The translations under genes were made by a program, and so were the position numbers. A stretch of 64,000 nt of DNA. Source: Mytilus edulis. Taxonomy: Eukaryota. This document shows, piece by piece, positions 1 to 11,982 of this stretch; position 1 is the stretch's first letter, and each line of letters opens with the position of its first letter. Below the pieces are notes generated by a model, which was not told the origin of the DNA, searched no databases, and was given only the letters and a program-made list of their open reading frames with translations. The stretch covers positions 29,078,001-29,142,000 of the forward strand of contig NC_092345.1 of assembly GCF_963676685.1 (NCBI RefSeq). Reading direction: 5' to 3'.

Positions 1-1094
1 CCCCTGCTTCAATATGTATCTGATTTAATCCACAAAAAAGAACGACAATAATGGTTGTGTGTATGTGTGTGTGTGTTCCAAGTTTTTGAGCAAACATATA
101 TGTGTAGTATACACATACTTTTAGTTGTTTTGCTAGTTATTTACTGAACATCTTTGCTGCGTTTACAATCTGTTTTGTATAATAAAAATATGCACTTCAA
201 AGGCAGAAATTTTGCACAAAAGAGGCGTCGTTCCAGATTCCCTACTTTGTTTTTTGAAAAAAACTTTAAATGTTGATGTTGTACCTGATCATGTCTATTA
301 GCAAATAAATGTCCTTATAGCTGGAAATGATCTTATGGTCTTGTGTCTTGTAAAGGTGTTAGATGACAGATACGTAATAATTATTTTTTCAGATTAAGTA
401 AATGGTCTTATTATAAATTTTCCTTAACCAATTCATTCTTTTACTGTTTGAAACATCAAATAGTCGATGGATTAATTCAATGGTGGATATAAAACTGTAG
501 CCTTAGTAGTATTGTGTGGCACGATAGTATTTACATTCCGAAATTTGGAATGCTCTTTTTTTGCTCTACTTCAGTCAATGTATTTGAAATGTGTGATTGG
601 ACAAAAAGTACAGTATAAACTGAACATACTTTCCCAAACTTGGGGATAAATCAGGTGTAGAAAAAATTGAAATAATTTTACATACAGGCAGAAACGATTT
701 TTTAAAATTTTTTGCAATTTTGTATTCACTGCATGATACACGACCTAAAGGCACTAGTGGTCTAAGGTTTCTTAAATTAGCAAAAGAAAAAAAAAGAATT
801 CTGGGCAGTGTTAGAAAGTGGTGAAAATTAAAAAAAAAGGCTATCATTATGCAAATAGGCCAGGCAATACTACAAGTACCGTGTGCCACCTATTACAGCT
901 GTGCTTTCTTAATCCATTGATCATGCGAAAAAGGTAGATAAAATATCACAAATACCTAGCTCCAACGATTATTCGAAACGGGAAGTCACTTTTCAAATGA
1001 CATAATCAAAAGCTAAACACATCAAACGAATGAAAAACACATACATGTACTAGTATATTATAAATAAGTCGTCTGTGCTCATACATATTTATTT

Positions 1095-1256
1095 TCTGCG
1101 CTTGCGTGGTTTATTATTCAGAATTAGGGTTAATTTCCGGTTCACGAATAATTCATTCTGAACATTGTACACGTGTCTTTCGAACAGATCGATTGTACAG
1201 TTTGAAATAAAAAAAAATAGATAGGGAAAAACATCGAATTTGTCGACTAAGTAAGT
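1095..1256 (+). promoter_or_regulatory. Putative promoter / non-coding first exon of B-box-SURF4 gene copy 1
   Basis: Block conserved with 26840-27011 and 27934-28105. It ends in a consensus donor GTAAGT at 1251. A matching acceptor (tttcttcag, 3731) lies 29 nt before the ATG. Confidence 0.55.
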
Positions 1257-2714
1257 AGCAAAAAACTTTCAATCTGATTTTCTTACCTATTTTTTAACTC
1301 GACTTCATTTAATTTAAATCGATTTATGACTATTAAACAGCGGTATACTACTATTGCCTTTATTTTTAACACTGTCTGCTCTTTTGCATAGATGTCGGTA
1401 TCTCTTATCAATATTTTTTCCTGTCCTTCAATTAATGTTTATTCATATTAAATGTAATTATTTCTCAATAAAGATCCCGCAGTCGTAAGTTTTTTTTTGT
1501 CATTCAGATAAAACAAATATAGTCCAAGTGAACTACCGTCACATTCTTAGGATTTTTACTTATTTTGATTGTAACACATTGATTTTTTACTATTCCTTTT
1601 CATCCTCTTCATTTGTAATTCTTATTTAATCGTTTTTTACCTGAGCAACTATTGATTGTATACAATGTATAGATGATATGTGTGATAGAAAGAAGTAGCC
1701 AGACGATACAATATTGTCAGATACTAAAAAGTATGATACCAGCATAAAATTAAAGGGAATCCCATATTTTTTAAAATGGTGTTTAGCGGGCTTATATGAA
1801 TAATTTAGCACATGATTTCAGCTATTATCATATACTTAGCGATAATAAGTTATAATTTTCACAGTATGATAACAGAATAAAATTACTTGCATTCCATATT
1901 TCCCGAAATGGCGGGCTATTGTTAAAAAATGATAACATTTTTCGACTATTATCAAATGCCTTTCCGTAACGATATCGCATAGCATTCCGTCGACACTCGA
2001 GAACTTAATGAAAATATGGTACGTTTAAAAAGTTGGATATACAACAATTATTTGGAAACAAGAACATATATGTAAAATACACACAAAAAAAGCATTTAAA
2101 AAAATTTCCAACATAATTTAGAAAGTAACTTTTGTGATGTTTTTTTTTTTATCGTCATTATAATTTTTTATCATACTATGGGGTTTCTCCTATGTTGAGG
2201 CATATGATTTGAAGATATCATATCGGGTAACATGTACTATATTTGGCGTCTGACGTCCGAAATTTTTTCATTTTTGAACTTCTACATAAAAACCATTTAA
2301 AAGGAAAACTGAATTCAACTGTTATTTAGCTCCATTTTTGAAGCATATGATAAAAAGATCATAACATGTCAATTTTCGTTTCAGATGAATTATCAGCCCA
2401 AGGTTCAATATCATCCAATGAGCTCTTTGGCTGATATTGAACCTTGGACTGATAATACATCTGATAAGAAAAATACCATGTAATAATCTGATATTATCAA
2501 ATACCTTTCAGTCACGTTATCGCATGGCATTACATTATAATTCGATTGGCGATTCCGTAAAATACACTTATAAATGGTATGTTTTCAGTGAAAAACGTAA
2601 CAAAGAAGGGCACAAAGCAATTATTAGAAAACAATGATATATATTGTGTAGAATGCAAAAAAAAAAAATAATAAACCACCCCAAAAATGATACAATAAAA
2701 TCATTTTTCATAAT

Positions 2715-3120
2715 GAAAATCACAAAACAATCTGAACGCCGAGGAAAATTCAAAAATGAAAGTCATTAACCTAACGGCAAATTCAAAAGCTCAAAAACAT
2801 CAAACGAATGGGTAACAACTACCATATTCCTGAATTAGCACAGGCATTTTCTTATTTAGGAAATGGTGGATTAAACCGGATTTTATAGGTAGCTAAACGT
2901 CTCAATTATATGACAGTCTCACAAAATTCCATTATATTGACCAGGATGGTGAACAAAACAAACAGGAATAATAGTTAAAAATGTCAACAATAGGGTTACA
3001 TCAGTCAACATATTGATATAATTTTAATCACTTTGAAAACAAACAAATATGTAACAAAGAAACTCAAGAGGCTAATTGACAAAGTACATTATAAAAAAAC
3101 TAAGAGACAAGAATAAAAAT
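2715..3120 (-). mobile_element. 3'-end fragment of a Penelope-like retroelement (family A)
   Basis: Same sequence as the terminus of the RT-bearing copy at 55746-57110. Further fragments at ~945-1040, 8905-9215, 22686-22800 and 22955-23080. Confidence 0.65.
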
Positions 3121-3760
3121 GACCATGGCACATTAACGTTTCCAGCATAATTTAAAAAGTGACTTTTACAAATGTTGACCTGTCCAATCACTGTTCATTA
3201 TGTTTAGTTGAATTTATGTTGTTTTTATCGTCAATATAAATATAAATTATGCTGTTGTTGTTCTCCTCTATTGATGACAAGAATCAAAGTGGATTAACTT
3301 TTTGATAATACATCTTGTATGAAAAAATGTCATGTAATAACCTGATATTATTCAGTAAGAACGAAATTAATGTTAAGTATAAAAGTGAAACAAGACGTAT
3401 AACTACTTAGCAGGTGAAAGATAAGATGAACTGAGGGAGCGGTCAAAGTGTTTATTTTGTCTATGGAGATAGTTGTCTTAATGAAATCAAGACACATGGT
3501 CTAGTTTTTAGAATAAACATGAAAAATAATTTTTTTTATTTATTTTTTTATTTGATATATTTGTTTCGTTTTTGACTACACGAATTCTGTTAGACCAGAC
3601 CTAATTTTAGAAACGTCGTTTAGGTGAGTTCAAAGTTCTAGGAATTATAAAATTGTAATGAAAATGTACACTAAAAATTTGCATAAACATTTACTCAATT
3701 GATTAATCATTTAATTTTATTCTTTCTTCAGAATAAAGAAGTATCCTCCACTAAAACAAT

Positions 3761-4672
3761 ATGTGTACTCCGTGTACGTTTCGAAATGAACAAGTGACGC
3801 CTATTAATTGGTGCATAGTTTGTAAAGACGGACTTTGCAAGCATTGCAGTAACTATCATAAATCGTCAAAATCTTTAAAGCGGCACGACCTTATTCCTTT
3901 TAAGGATCGTCGATCGCTACCTGAATTTGCACAATCTATTCAGGATACATGTTTTGAACACAAACGACAGTTTGAGTTTTTCTGCAGTGTACATCAGGAC
4001 TTTCATTGCATCAAATGCAATACTTTAGATCATATGACCTGTAATAGTGTTTTGCCACTCGAAGATGTTGTTAGAAATGCAAAGTCATCTGTAGCTTTTT
4101 GTCATATTGAAGACGGCTTGCATGTTCTGCTTTCAAAATTTGAAACAATTTTGAATAAATCAGAAGAGTCGATAACAAACAATGCAGCACATATAAACCA
4201 TATCAGAAATAATGTTAATCAAATTAAGAACAGGATAAACAAGACATTGGAAGAAGCAATTGGTGAATTTCTAAGCAAATTGGACAAGTCTAAGTCTGAT
4301 AGCAAAACAAAAGCACAGGAAAAAATAAGAGGTCTCAAGGAAAAACTCAATATCATTCTAGGCTTAAAGGCAAGCGTTGCACTTTTGAAAGAAAACGGAA
4401 CAGACTTACAAATTTACTTATGTCTTAAACACCTTGAGTCGAATTTAACAAAGGAAGACAATAATCTTAGTGCAGACATACATAATGGCCATTATGATTG
4501 TGAAGAATTAATGTTCCGTCCTTCAGAGGCCATGAATACATTTAAATTGGTTGGTAGTATTGGTGAAATCGAAGTCCAGCAGAAACCTTTGAAAGTCAAC
4601 TCAGGAGGCATGGGTCAGAGTGTAAAAGTGGTTCAAAGCCCAAAAGAATCAATGTCATACAAAACTGATCAG
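3761..4672 (+). CDS. TRIM-like B-box1/B-box2/coiled-coil coding exon (no RING), copy 1; unspliced ORF continues to 4699
   Basis: CxxC...CxxCxxxxCxxCxxxH...H (CTPC...CIVCKDGLCKHCSNYH...RH) and CxxH...CxxH...CxxC...H (CFEH...CSVH...CIKC...DH), followed by a long heptad-rich helix. In-frame TAA at 3734 upstream of the ATG. Phase-0 donor CAG|GTATTA at 4672/4673. Confidence 0.9.
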
Positions 4673-4964
4673 GTATTAGGAGTAATAGTGAAGAAATAAG
4701 TATAAAATTAGAAGACGTGATTTTGTTGTTAAAAGTAATAAATTATAACTACTTGAAGTTTCAGAGAACCAGTTAATACAAGATTCATTTGTAACATATA
4801 ATAAATCATAAATCAAGATTCAAAATATCAATCAGTGAACCACACCATCAATTTAGAGTCTATTATTTATAAAGACGTGTGAAAATCCCGAAAAAAAGGA
4901 ATATGAATAGACGTCAAAACGTCACCATGATGTTAAAGGTTGTTTAGGACCATATTAAATCTAA

Positions 4965-5235
4965 AAAAAAATGAGAATGGAAATTGGGAATGTGTCAAAG
5001 AGACATCCACCCGACCAAAGAGCAAACAACAGCCGATGTCAACCAATAGGTCTTCAATACAGCGAGAAACTCCCAAACCGGGAGGCGTACTTCAGCTGGC
5101 CTCTTAACAAAAATGTATCCTAGTTCAGTGATAATGGACGTCTTACTAAACTCCGAAATGTACACATGAAACTAAAATTTAAAATCATACAAGACTAACA
5201 AAGGCCAGAGGTTCCTGACACAAGACAGCCGCAAC
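4965..5235 (-). mobile_element. Dispersed repeat family B fragment (probable retroelement 3' end)
   Basis: gagaatggaaat(t)gggaatgtgtcaaagagaca... is shared with 23597-24305 and 59066-59985. Confidence 0.7.
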
Positions 5236-5389
5236 AACATTTTGCGGCTAAAACGACTTTTAGCCATGTATTCTACCACGGGGACAATAAACAGTAACTA
5301 CAAAAAGTTAAGACTAATATTCTTTGTTTCTGTCAATGCCCTGTTTATCAATTAAATGAAATACCAAATATTACATTATTTTTTTACAG

Positions 5390-5653
5390 GTTATACATAA
5401 ATACCGGCCATATTTAGCGGTTGTGGCTAGACTTTGTATAATCAGTGTTTTTCTGCACGACTGTATGGTAAGCTCCGGAATTCCATATCATAGATATTAT
5501 CGACGTTTTGAAGTATTAAGATTGGATCATGATCTAGTGGACATTTTCGTAAAACTGACGATTTCTGGACAAATGGTGGGATGCATTATGGTTCTTCTTC
5601 GACGAAAGATTAAAAGTGGATGTGGGATAATATTATTGATAAAAATATCTCAG
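5390..5653 (+). CDS. SURF4: SURF4/Erv29-like exon (N-terminal membrane part), copy 1
   Basis: tttttacag|VIHKYRPYLAVVARLCIISVFLHD...GQMVGCIMVLLRR...ISQ|gtaat, 264 nt, phase 0-0. Resembles SURF4 'YLPHVARLCLISTFLED...GQLxGCVLVLxR'. Confidence 0.85.
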
Positions 5654-7389
5654 GTAATAGATTTTTTTCTGTTCTCTTGTTTAAGTTTTAATTCATGCAG
5701 TTAAAATTAATATCATTTATGTAAACTTATCAGTAAAACAAGATCTTAAATTAAGTCAATTTACAAATTTGTCAACAACTGATGATAGGAGTTATGGTTT
5801 ACCCTTTAATTTCGATTTTTATCCATTGTTTCATTTCGATTTAACATTTTACAAAAAGAAACACAAACTGTAAACACCCACCAGAAATTATCAATAAGAT
5901 AAGATAAAGAAACATATCAGATTGCTGATATTGTCCATTTACCTTTATGTGAGTAATGGCCTTAAATGATGAATTTAAACCAGCTTTTCAATTTTTGTTA
6001 AAAGTATCAAACAAGATCAACACGTTGTCATTAGATTCCTTAAGCTGTCATTTGTCCATGTTGTCTACTTACATCGTCTATAAGAGACTTTCAACTTCTT
6101 TTCTTACTTTTTCTGTATGAATCATGTAATGTATCCAACTTTTAAGTTCCAGTACAACATTCATAAATGCTGAATATTTTAAGATAGATCAAAATTTACA
6201 CTACAGCCCATACTGCGGTCAATGTACATTTGGTATATAAAGTTGTACATTGACTGATAGTTATCGAACATCGGTATACTACTGTTGCCTTTATTTTTTT
6301 ATAATTGTGTAAAGTACTTTGCTTAATAAATGTGAATTATTTTCTGTGTTTGCTTTGACCAGTATTGCAAGTACATCAAGGAGCTAAAGTCTTGGTGTAC
6401 TCTTAGTTCAATTTTGCCTTATACGGAAGTTTTGATTAAATACCCTGAAAAGACCACTAACATACCATTCAAAAGCTTTATACCCAGCTCCATACAAAAA
6501 AAACAACCCCAACCATAATGTTTCATTTTATTAGATCTGTGTTTTAATTACTTGTGAAGTTCACAAAATGTCATTATTAATCACTCTGCAAAAATCCATG
6601 TAACCCTAACATCATGATGGTTTCTTTACCAAAACGTACAGCCAAAACTGAAGTAGAAAATGTGACATAGATGAAAAAATTATATTAGGTATAACCAAAC
6701 TTTGCATTTTGAAGATTAAAGTAACAATTTGGAATATCAAAAAGTAATTATTAAACATTGCATTCCAATAAGAAACATTTCAACACTAGTATCATAGATG
6801 AAGGGTATATAATCATGAACAATTACCTAGTAGTGTTTTAATGAAAGAAGCGTAATGAATTATGTAAGAATAAATGAATATCTTTATACGATCAGGTTTT
6901 CGAGTATAAACATATTTGAAAAATGCTTATTTACAACTTGATCTACAATTTAACATGAGAAACACAGCTAAAAAAATACTCTATGTCAAATGAAGGTAGT
7001 TTAGATTGTTCATATGATTTTACACACTATAAGAAGAAATATGTGCATAATGTGATATAAATGGGGATAATTTTATGCTTCTCATTGATATCATAACTCT
7101 GAAGTTTAGTTTTTATTGTTTCTTTCAATCTGAACACAAAACTGATGTTTTATCATATACACCATGCTTCCTCCCTAAGTAAACTTAGAGATCCTGGATA
7201 GCCGTCGTTAAACATAGAAATTTGTATAAAACTACTTTAACTGGTTCCAAAAAGATTCCATTGCATAAATATTTACAGGCAATGAGTTTTGTGATTATTG
7301 TACTGCCTTGAACAAGTACAGTGACAGAGTGCATATTTTCCTTTACGGTTAAATTCTGTAAAAAATTCGTAAGGGTTCCATGGAACCCA

Positions 7390-8062
7390 GTGTCTCGCCT
7401 TCTTTTGAAGTTTATCCCAGGCAAAAAGAAGGGAAAAAATCAATAAAACTATTCCTCTTGATACTATCTTTTGATTGTCCAAGTTTGGTAAAATTCCAGG
7501 ATAGTTTATGAATGTAATAAATGTTTTAAAAACTTCAACTGCAGACTGTATGTAATGTGTAACTGTAAGATAAACTAAGTCCATTTATAAGTAAAATACA
7601 GATACACAGGTAAAAAAATTTAAGAAAATTTCCTTCTAGATACTAGCTTTTGATCACAAACAAGCTTCTGTCCAAGTTTTGTACAAATCCCAAAAGAAAA
7701 AAAGTGTATAAGAAAGTTATAAATTTTTTTTAAACTTTAACCATAGAGTGAATGTGTTGTTTCCTGGCAGAAAATCTAAGTCCAGTTGAAAATAAAATAC
7801 GGAAAAGAATTTTAAATTTACTTCAGGATACTATATAATGATCATAAACAAGCTTCTGTCCAAGTATGGTAGAAATCATGTATAGTTTAAGAAAGTTATC
7901 AAAATTTCAATTTGTAACCACACAGTGAATATTTGTGGACGCCGGCGACGACAACGCCGACGCCGACGATGAGAACGCCGACGCCGACGATGACAACGCC
8001 GACGCCGACTGAATGTGAAATTGCTATATCTTGCTTTTTCGTCTAGAGTCGAAACTCGACAA
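7390..8062. mobile_element. Helentron-associated (HINE/DINE-like) non-autonomous element
   Basis: Three diverged ~190-bp core repeats (..tgtccaagtt.. at ~7476, 7669 and 7857), a (GCCGAC/GAC)n microsatellite at 7938-8010, and a short terminal hairpin gtcga..tcgac followed by an A-run. Confidence 0.55.
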
Positions 8063-9612
8063 AAATCTACCATGGACTTATTACTAATCTATATCTTGAA
8101 TACCTGATTTACCTTTAGAAATTGGAATCTTTCATATAACATACATAAAAGTACAAATGTAGCCCTATCTTTTGAGAAAATAAAAACTTAGGGTCATGCG
8201 GTATTTTTGGGCATTCACTACATGGTCTTGTTTACAAACACTGTAGATTCAAACTTTATTCCTTTACTGACCCAAATTTCTTTTCAATCCTGTAGTAAAA
8301 ACAATTAGTACATTCAGCATTCTTTTTTACAATTTGTTTTTACTCTAGTGTTGATCCATCTATCAAAAAATATTTATTACAAACATTATCTACCAATCAG
8401 AAGGGCACAGGACTTCAGTTTTATACAGCTGTCCCCCAATGTGCGGTCCCTGATGACGTTAATTGCTTTACTGAATTTACCAAAGTAGACTCCTTAAAAA
8501 CCAGTTTACTCCTAAAATTACTATTAATGGCTAATTGTTTTAAGTTTATATATTTTCTATTAATTCTAATATATTGATCGAATCAATTTTAATTGTGGTT
8601 TCCTAAAAATTATTCACTTGATCATAATATGATTTTTTTTAATTTGATATCACAGATTCAGCTTAGTCTATCTCTTATATATACATATCAAAATTGTATT
8701 GAATAAAGCCGTTTTCAAATGAAGTTTACAGTTTGTTATTATTTTATGCATTTTCTTAGGTTAAGTTGGATTAGTGCACGTACAAACATATTAACACCAC
8801 ATCATTATGTTTCCTTTACATGTACCTATTTTCTAGTCAGCAGCCTGTAATTCGGCGGTTTTTATCTTTCATATTTTCTTTGCGTTTAATGTTCTGTACA
8901 TAAAAAGTAAAATCACAAAAAAACTGAACTCCTAGGAAAATCCAAAAAGGAAAGTCCTTAATCAAATGGCAAAATAAAATGCTTAAACACAAATAACTAA
9001 TTGATAACAACTGTCATATTCTTGAATTGGTACAGGCATTTTCTTACGTAGAAAATTGTGGATTTTACCTGATTTTTAAAGCTAGCTAAACCTCTCTCTT
9101 GTATGACAGTCGCATCATGAACCATGAAATAAACAACTATGTGGGAACACCACAAACAGACACAATAGGTATAAATGTAAAAAATAAGGTTACAATAGTC
9201 AACATTGTGTTAAAATCCGTCGTTTAAATGTTCTACATTTTGTATTGCCAGGGCATTTTATAGCTCACTGTAGGTTATGGGTGTTGATCATTTTGAGGAC
9301 CGTACGATGACCTGTTGTTGTTGGTATTGGACATACCTGATATAGTGTATTCCTTAAATGTAGTTAGTGCACACTGATTTCGATCTATTTATACTATATT
9401 GAATTAACACACTTTTATAATGTAATTTAAATTGTATATATATGGCCATTCTTCTAAATTTCTGACAATTGTCGGTCTAAATCATTTCCATTATTAAACA
9501 TGTAAAAATATTATCTGTTTTCATCTAATTGTATCGGACCTAATGCATTTTTAATATTTGAAGTTTTTAGAAAAGATTGAATACCAAATCAAATATGATC
9601 CTTTTGTTTCAG

Positions 9613-9653
9613 ATATATCTACCGCCATTCCCGCCCCAGCAAACGCTTGCAAG
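9613..9653 (+). CDS. SURF4: 41-nt SURF4-like microexon (IYLPPFPPQQTLAR), copy 1
   Basis: cttttgtttcag|...AAG|gtgagg, phase 0 to 2. Same length and conserved acceptor flank as the paralogous exon at 33894-33934. Confidence 0.75.
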
Positions 9654-10074
9654 GTGAGGCTTCTACATTTCATAAAGTTTCTCAAATATTTGTGATAATG
9701 TACAACTATAGACTCTGCAATAAAACATTTCGTGTCTTGTTTGGACACTGTTGGTAGACTCTTTGAGAGGGAAACTTATTTCGTTATAAAAAAAAGTTAT
9801 TAAAAAAATCTTGTGTATAGTTGTATTTTTTAAAAGTTTAATCATTTGTTTGTTTCGAGAACCCACAATTACACACATATAAGATACACAATAAGAACTT
9901 TGATCATTTTTATATGATGAACCAAACATTGATTGCTAAAGATCGTATGACAAATTTCACCGACCCGAATATGTGTTTAATTTAAGGAGTTCGAAAGTCT
10001 ATGAAACATAGTTTAAAAAGACATATTTAACAAATACAGCTATTTTCGCAATTAAGTACACTAATTACCAAATG

Positions 10075-10320
10075 AAAGATTGATCGACTAATCGGTGTTA
10101 AACGGCACTTGTAACACTTTTTTGCTATTTCCTAGCGGTTAACAATATTTGTTGTAGGATGCTGGAATGTCTGGATTGTGAAACCGACCTTCGGTAGAAA
10201 AACAAAACAATCCTAGTCATCTCATGTAAGAGTCAAGCTGCGAGATACAGGAAACTCACAACCTAAATGCTAGTGATGCAGTAAATCGATTACTTAGATC
10301 ACCTGGTCAACGAGTCCCGT
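10075..10320 (-). mobile_element. Degenerate tRNA-derived SINE
   Basis: Colinear with the better-preserved copy at 60275-60540. Confidence 0.55.
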
Positions 10321-10872
10321 TGAAACCAAATGAACTCCTATGAGGCGATACATAACTTACACTTTACCTTTGATAACTATTTACACTTTACTTAAACTGC
10401 GCTCTCAATCAAAATACTCTTTTTTATGAACCTCATCAAAAGGAAATAATGACATATAACTTGTTTGCCTGGTTGACTTGAAATTTTATGAATTTTAGTA
10501 GAAAGAGTAATAAGCTTAGTTTTTCGCTAATTCTTTTGTTTTTAATGAGGTTGTTAGTTTTCTCAATTGAATTATTTCATATTTTTCATGTCGTACCCTT
10601 TTATAGCCGGTGATAATGTATAGTTCGTTTGCCTTTAATTGCTTCTATCCACTTCATTTGAACTTGAGGATAGATGTTTTATTTGCCATCATTTCATATC
10701 TCCTTGCGTTTGTAATTATTTACTTGTACATTTGTGCCTTTTATATGGAAGAGTATTTGTATATACGCTCAGAGAAGTTAAAAGTTTGCTTAATGTACAT
10801 AATGAATGGTTTAATGGATTACGATAGAAGAAACCTTTCATTACAATTTGTGCTTTATTCATTTATTTGTAG

Positions 10873-11463
10873 GATGATATATGTTATATTTGTTATTCTC
10901 GTGGGATTTTGTCTATATGTGTTACATTTTAGTGTTATGTCGTTGTTCTCCTCTTATATTTAATGCGTTTCCCTCGGTTTTAGTTTGTTATCCCGATTTT
11001 GTTTTTTGTCCATGGATTTATGAGTTTTGAACAGCGGTATACTACTGTTGCCTTTATTTCTATATGTGGAATAGTATTGATGGCATACGCAGATAGCAAA
11101 GAAGGAAAGAGTTTGTTTGCTAGCGCGTCATCAACTTTATCTGCGAAAAACTGGAAAACGAAAAGTTTAGGAAAGATTCTGCTACTTTTGATGTATCTTC
11201 CATTGTTTGTTGAACATGTAGACTCATCTAGTTGGATACGACTTACTTTTGGTCTATGTCTCATTGTGAGCAACACAGTTGGCTATAGGATCAATATTTC
11301 CGCTTCTCTTATGATAGTTTGGTTACTGTTTGGAAATTTACCCTTCGCCGGTCAGAGAAGTTACTTTCCGGAAGATGTGCAATACTGCTTATTTATCAAC
11401 ACATTAGTGATCATAGGAGGATTATTATTGATGCTAGCATATGGGTCTGAAAATACCGACTGA
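10873..11463 (+). pseudogene. SURF4: SURF4-like terminal exon, copy 1, interrupted by a ~179-bp repeat insertion
   Basis: Acceptor tttgtag at 10872, then G ATG, the insertion, then ISICGIVLMAYADSKEGKSLFAS...LGKILLLLMY...GYR...IIGGLLLMLAYG, which matches SURF4 'AESRSEGKSMFAG...GRVLLVLMF...IGFKT...VIGGLLLVVALG'. Confidence 0.8.
10877..11055 (+). mobile_element. Short interspersed repeat fragment inserted in the SURF4-like exon
   Basis: Absent from the paralogous exon (38861). Its 3' end aacagcggtatactactgttgcctttat recurs at ~1336 and ~6270, and inverted at ~31942. Confidence 0.8.
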
Positions 11464-11626
11464 AAAAAATAAAAATTGTTAACTGCTTTATAACTTTATT
11501 TCTAATTATTTATTTACAAAAAACCTGAACGCAAAGGGTGTATGAAATGACAAAAAAAAATCTTAAACTTTGCTTTATTGAGTTTTCAATAGTTTCCAAA
11601 ATTTTCACAATATTTTTACACCTCAA

Positions 11627-11982
11627 ATAAACTTATCATAGATACCAGTATTAAGTTTTATATTTACGCCAGACGCAAGTTTCGTCTAAAAAAAGACCCA
11701 TCAGTGATGCTTGAATCCCAAAAAAGTTAAAAAGGCCTAAAAGAAGGTACGAAGTTGAAGGGCATTGAGGACCAAAATCCCTAAAAGTTTTGCCAAATAC
11801 AGCTAAGGTAATCTATTCCTGAGGTGGAAAAGCCTTAGTAATTAAAAAAAAAACAAACGTTTTGTTAACAGTTTATTAATAAATATGACCATATCAATGA
11901 TAATTTATGTCAGCACAGTGCTGACTCCTAGACTGGCGATACCCTCGGGAAATTAAAACTCCATCAGCAGTAGCATCGACAC
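11627..11982 (-). mobile_element. ~350-nt retrozyme/Penelope-type repeat with a mutated hammerhead core at 11666-11710
   Basis: The minus strand reads gcatcaCTGATGGgtct...agacGAAActtgcGTCtggcgt. Homologous to 25742-25985 and 33690-33780. Confidence 0.65.

Noticed and set aside
1127-1140. NF-kB-like site (GGGTTAATTTCC) in the putative promoter, and IRF-like AAAAGTGAAA at 3381
   Set aside because: Imperfect matches, not conserved as such in copy 2, and expected by chance in AT-rich DNA.
575-2753. Short hydrophobic ORFs in the track here and throughout intergenic and intronic DNA
   Set aside because: F/I/L/K-biased translations of AT-rich or repeat sequence with no motifs, often with non-ATG starts.
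3732-3760. Upstream RING-encoding exon making a complete TRIM E3 ligase
   Set aside because: Copy 1 has an in-frame TAA at 3734, and no RING-like Cys/His pattern was seen upstream of either copy.
7876-8073. Arg-rich protamine-like ORF
   Set aside because: It is the translation of a (GCCGAC)n microsatellite inside a non-autonomous element.
10980-11276. Conserved minus-strand ORF (paralogue at 38843-39082)
   Set aside because: Antisense shadow of the SURF4-like exon; the sense gene explains the similarity. The same applies to 44500-44829 and 42418-42612 opposite the Pif1-PHD gene.
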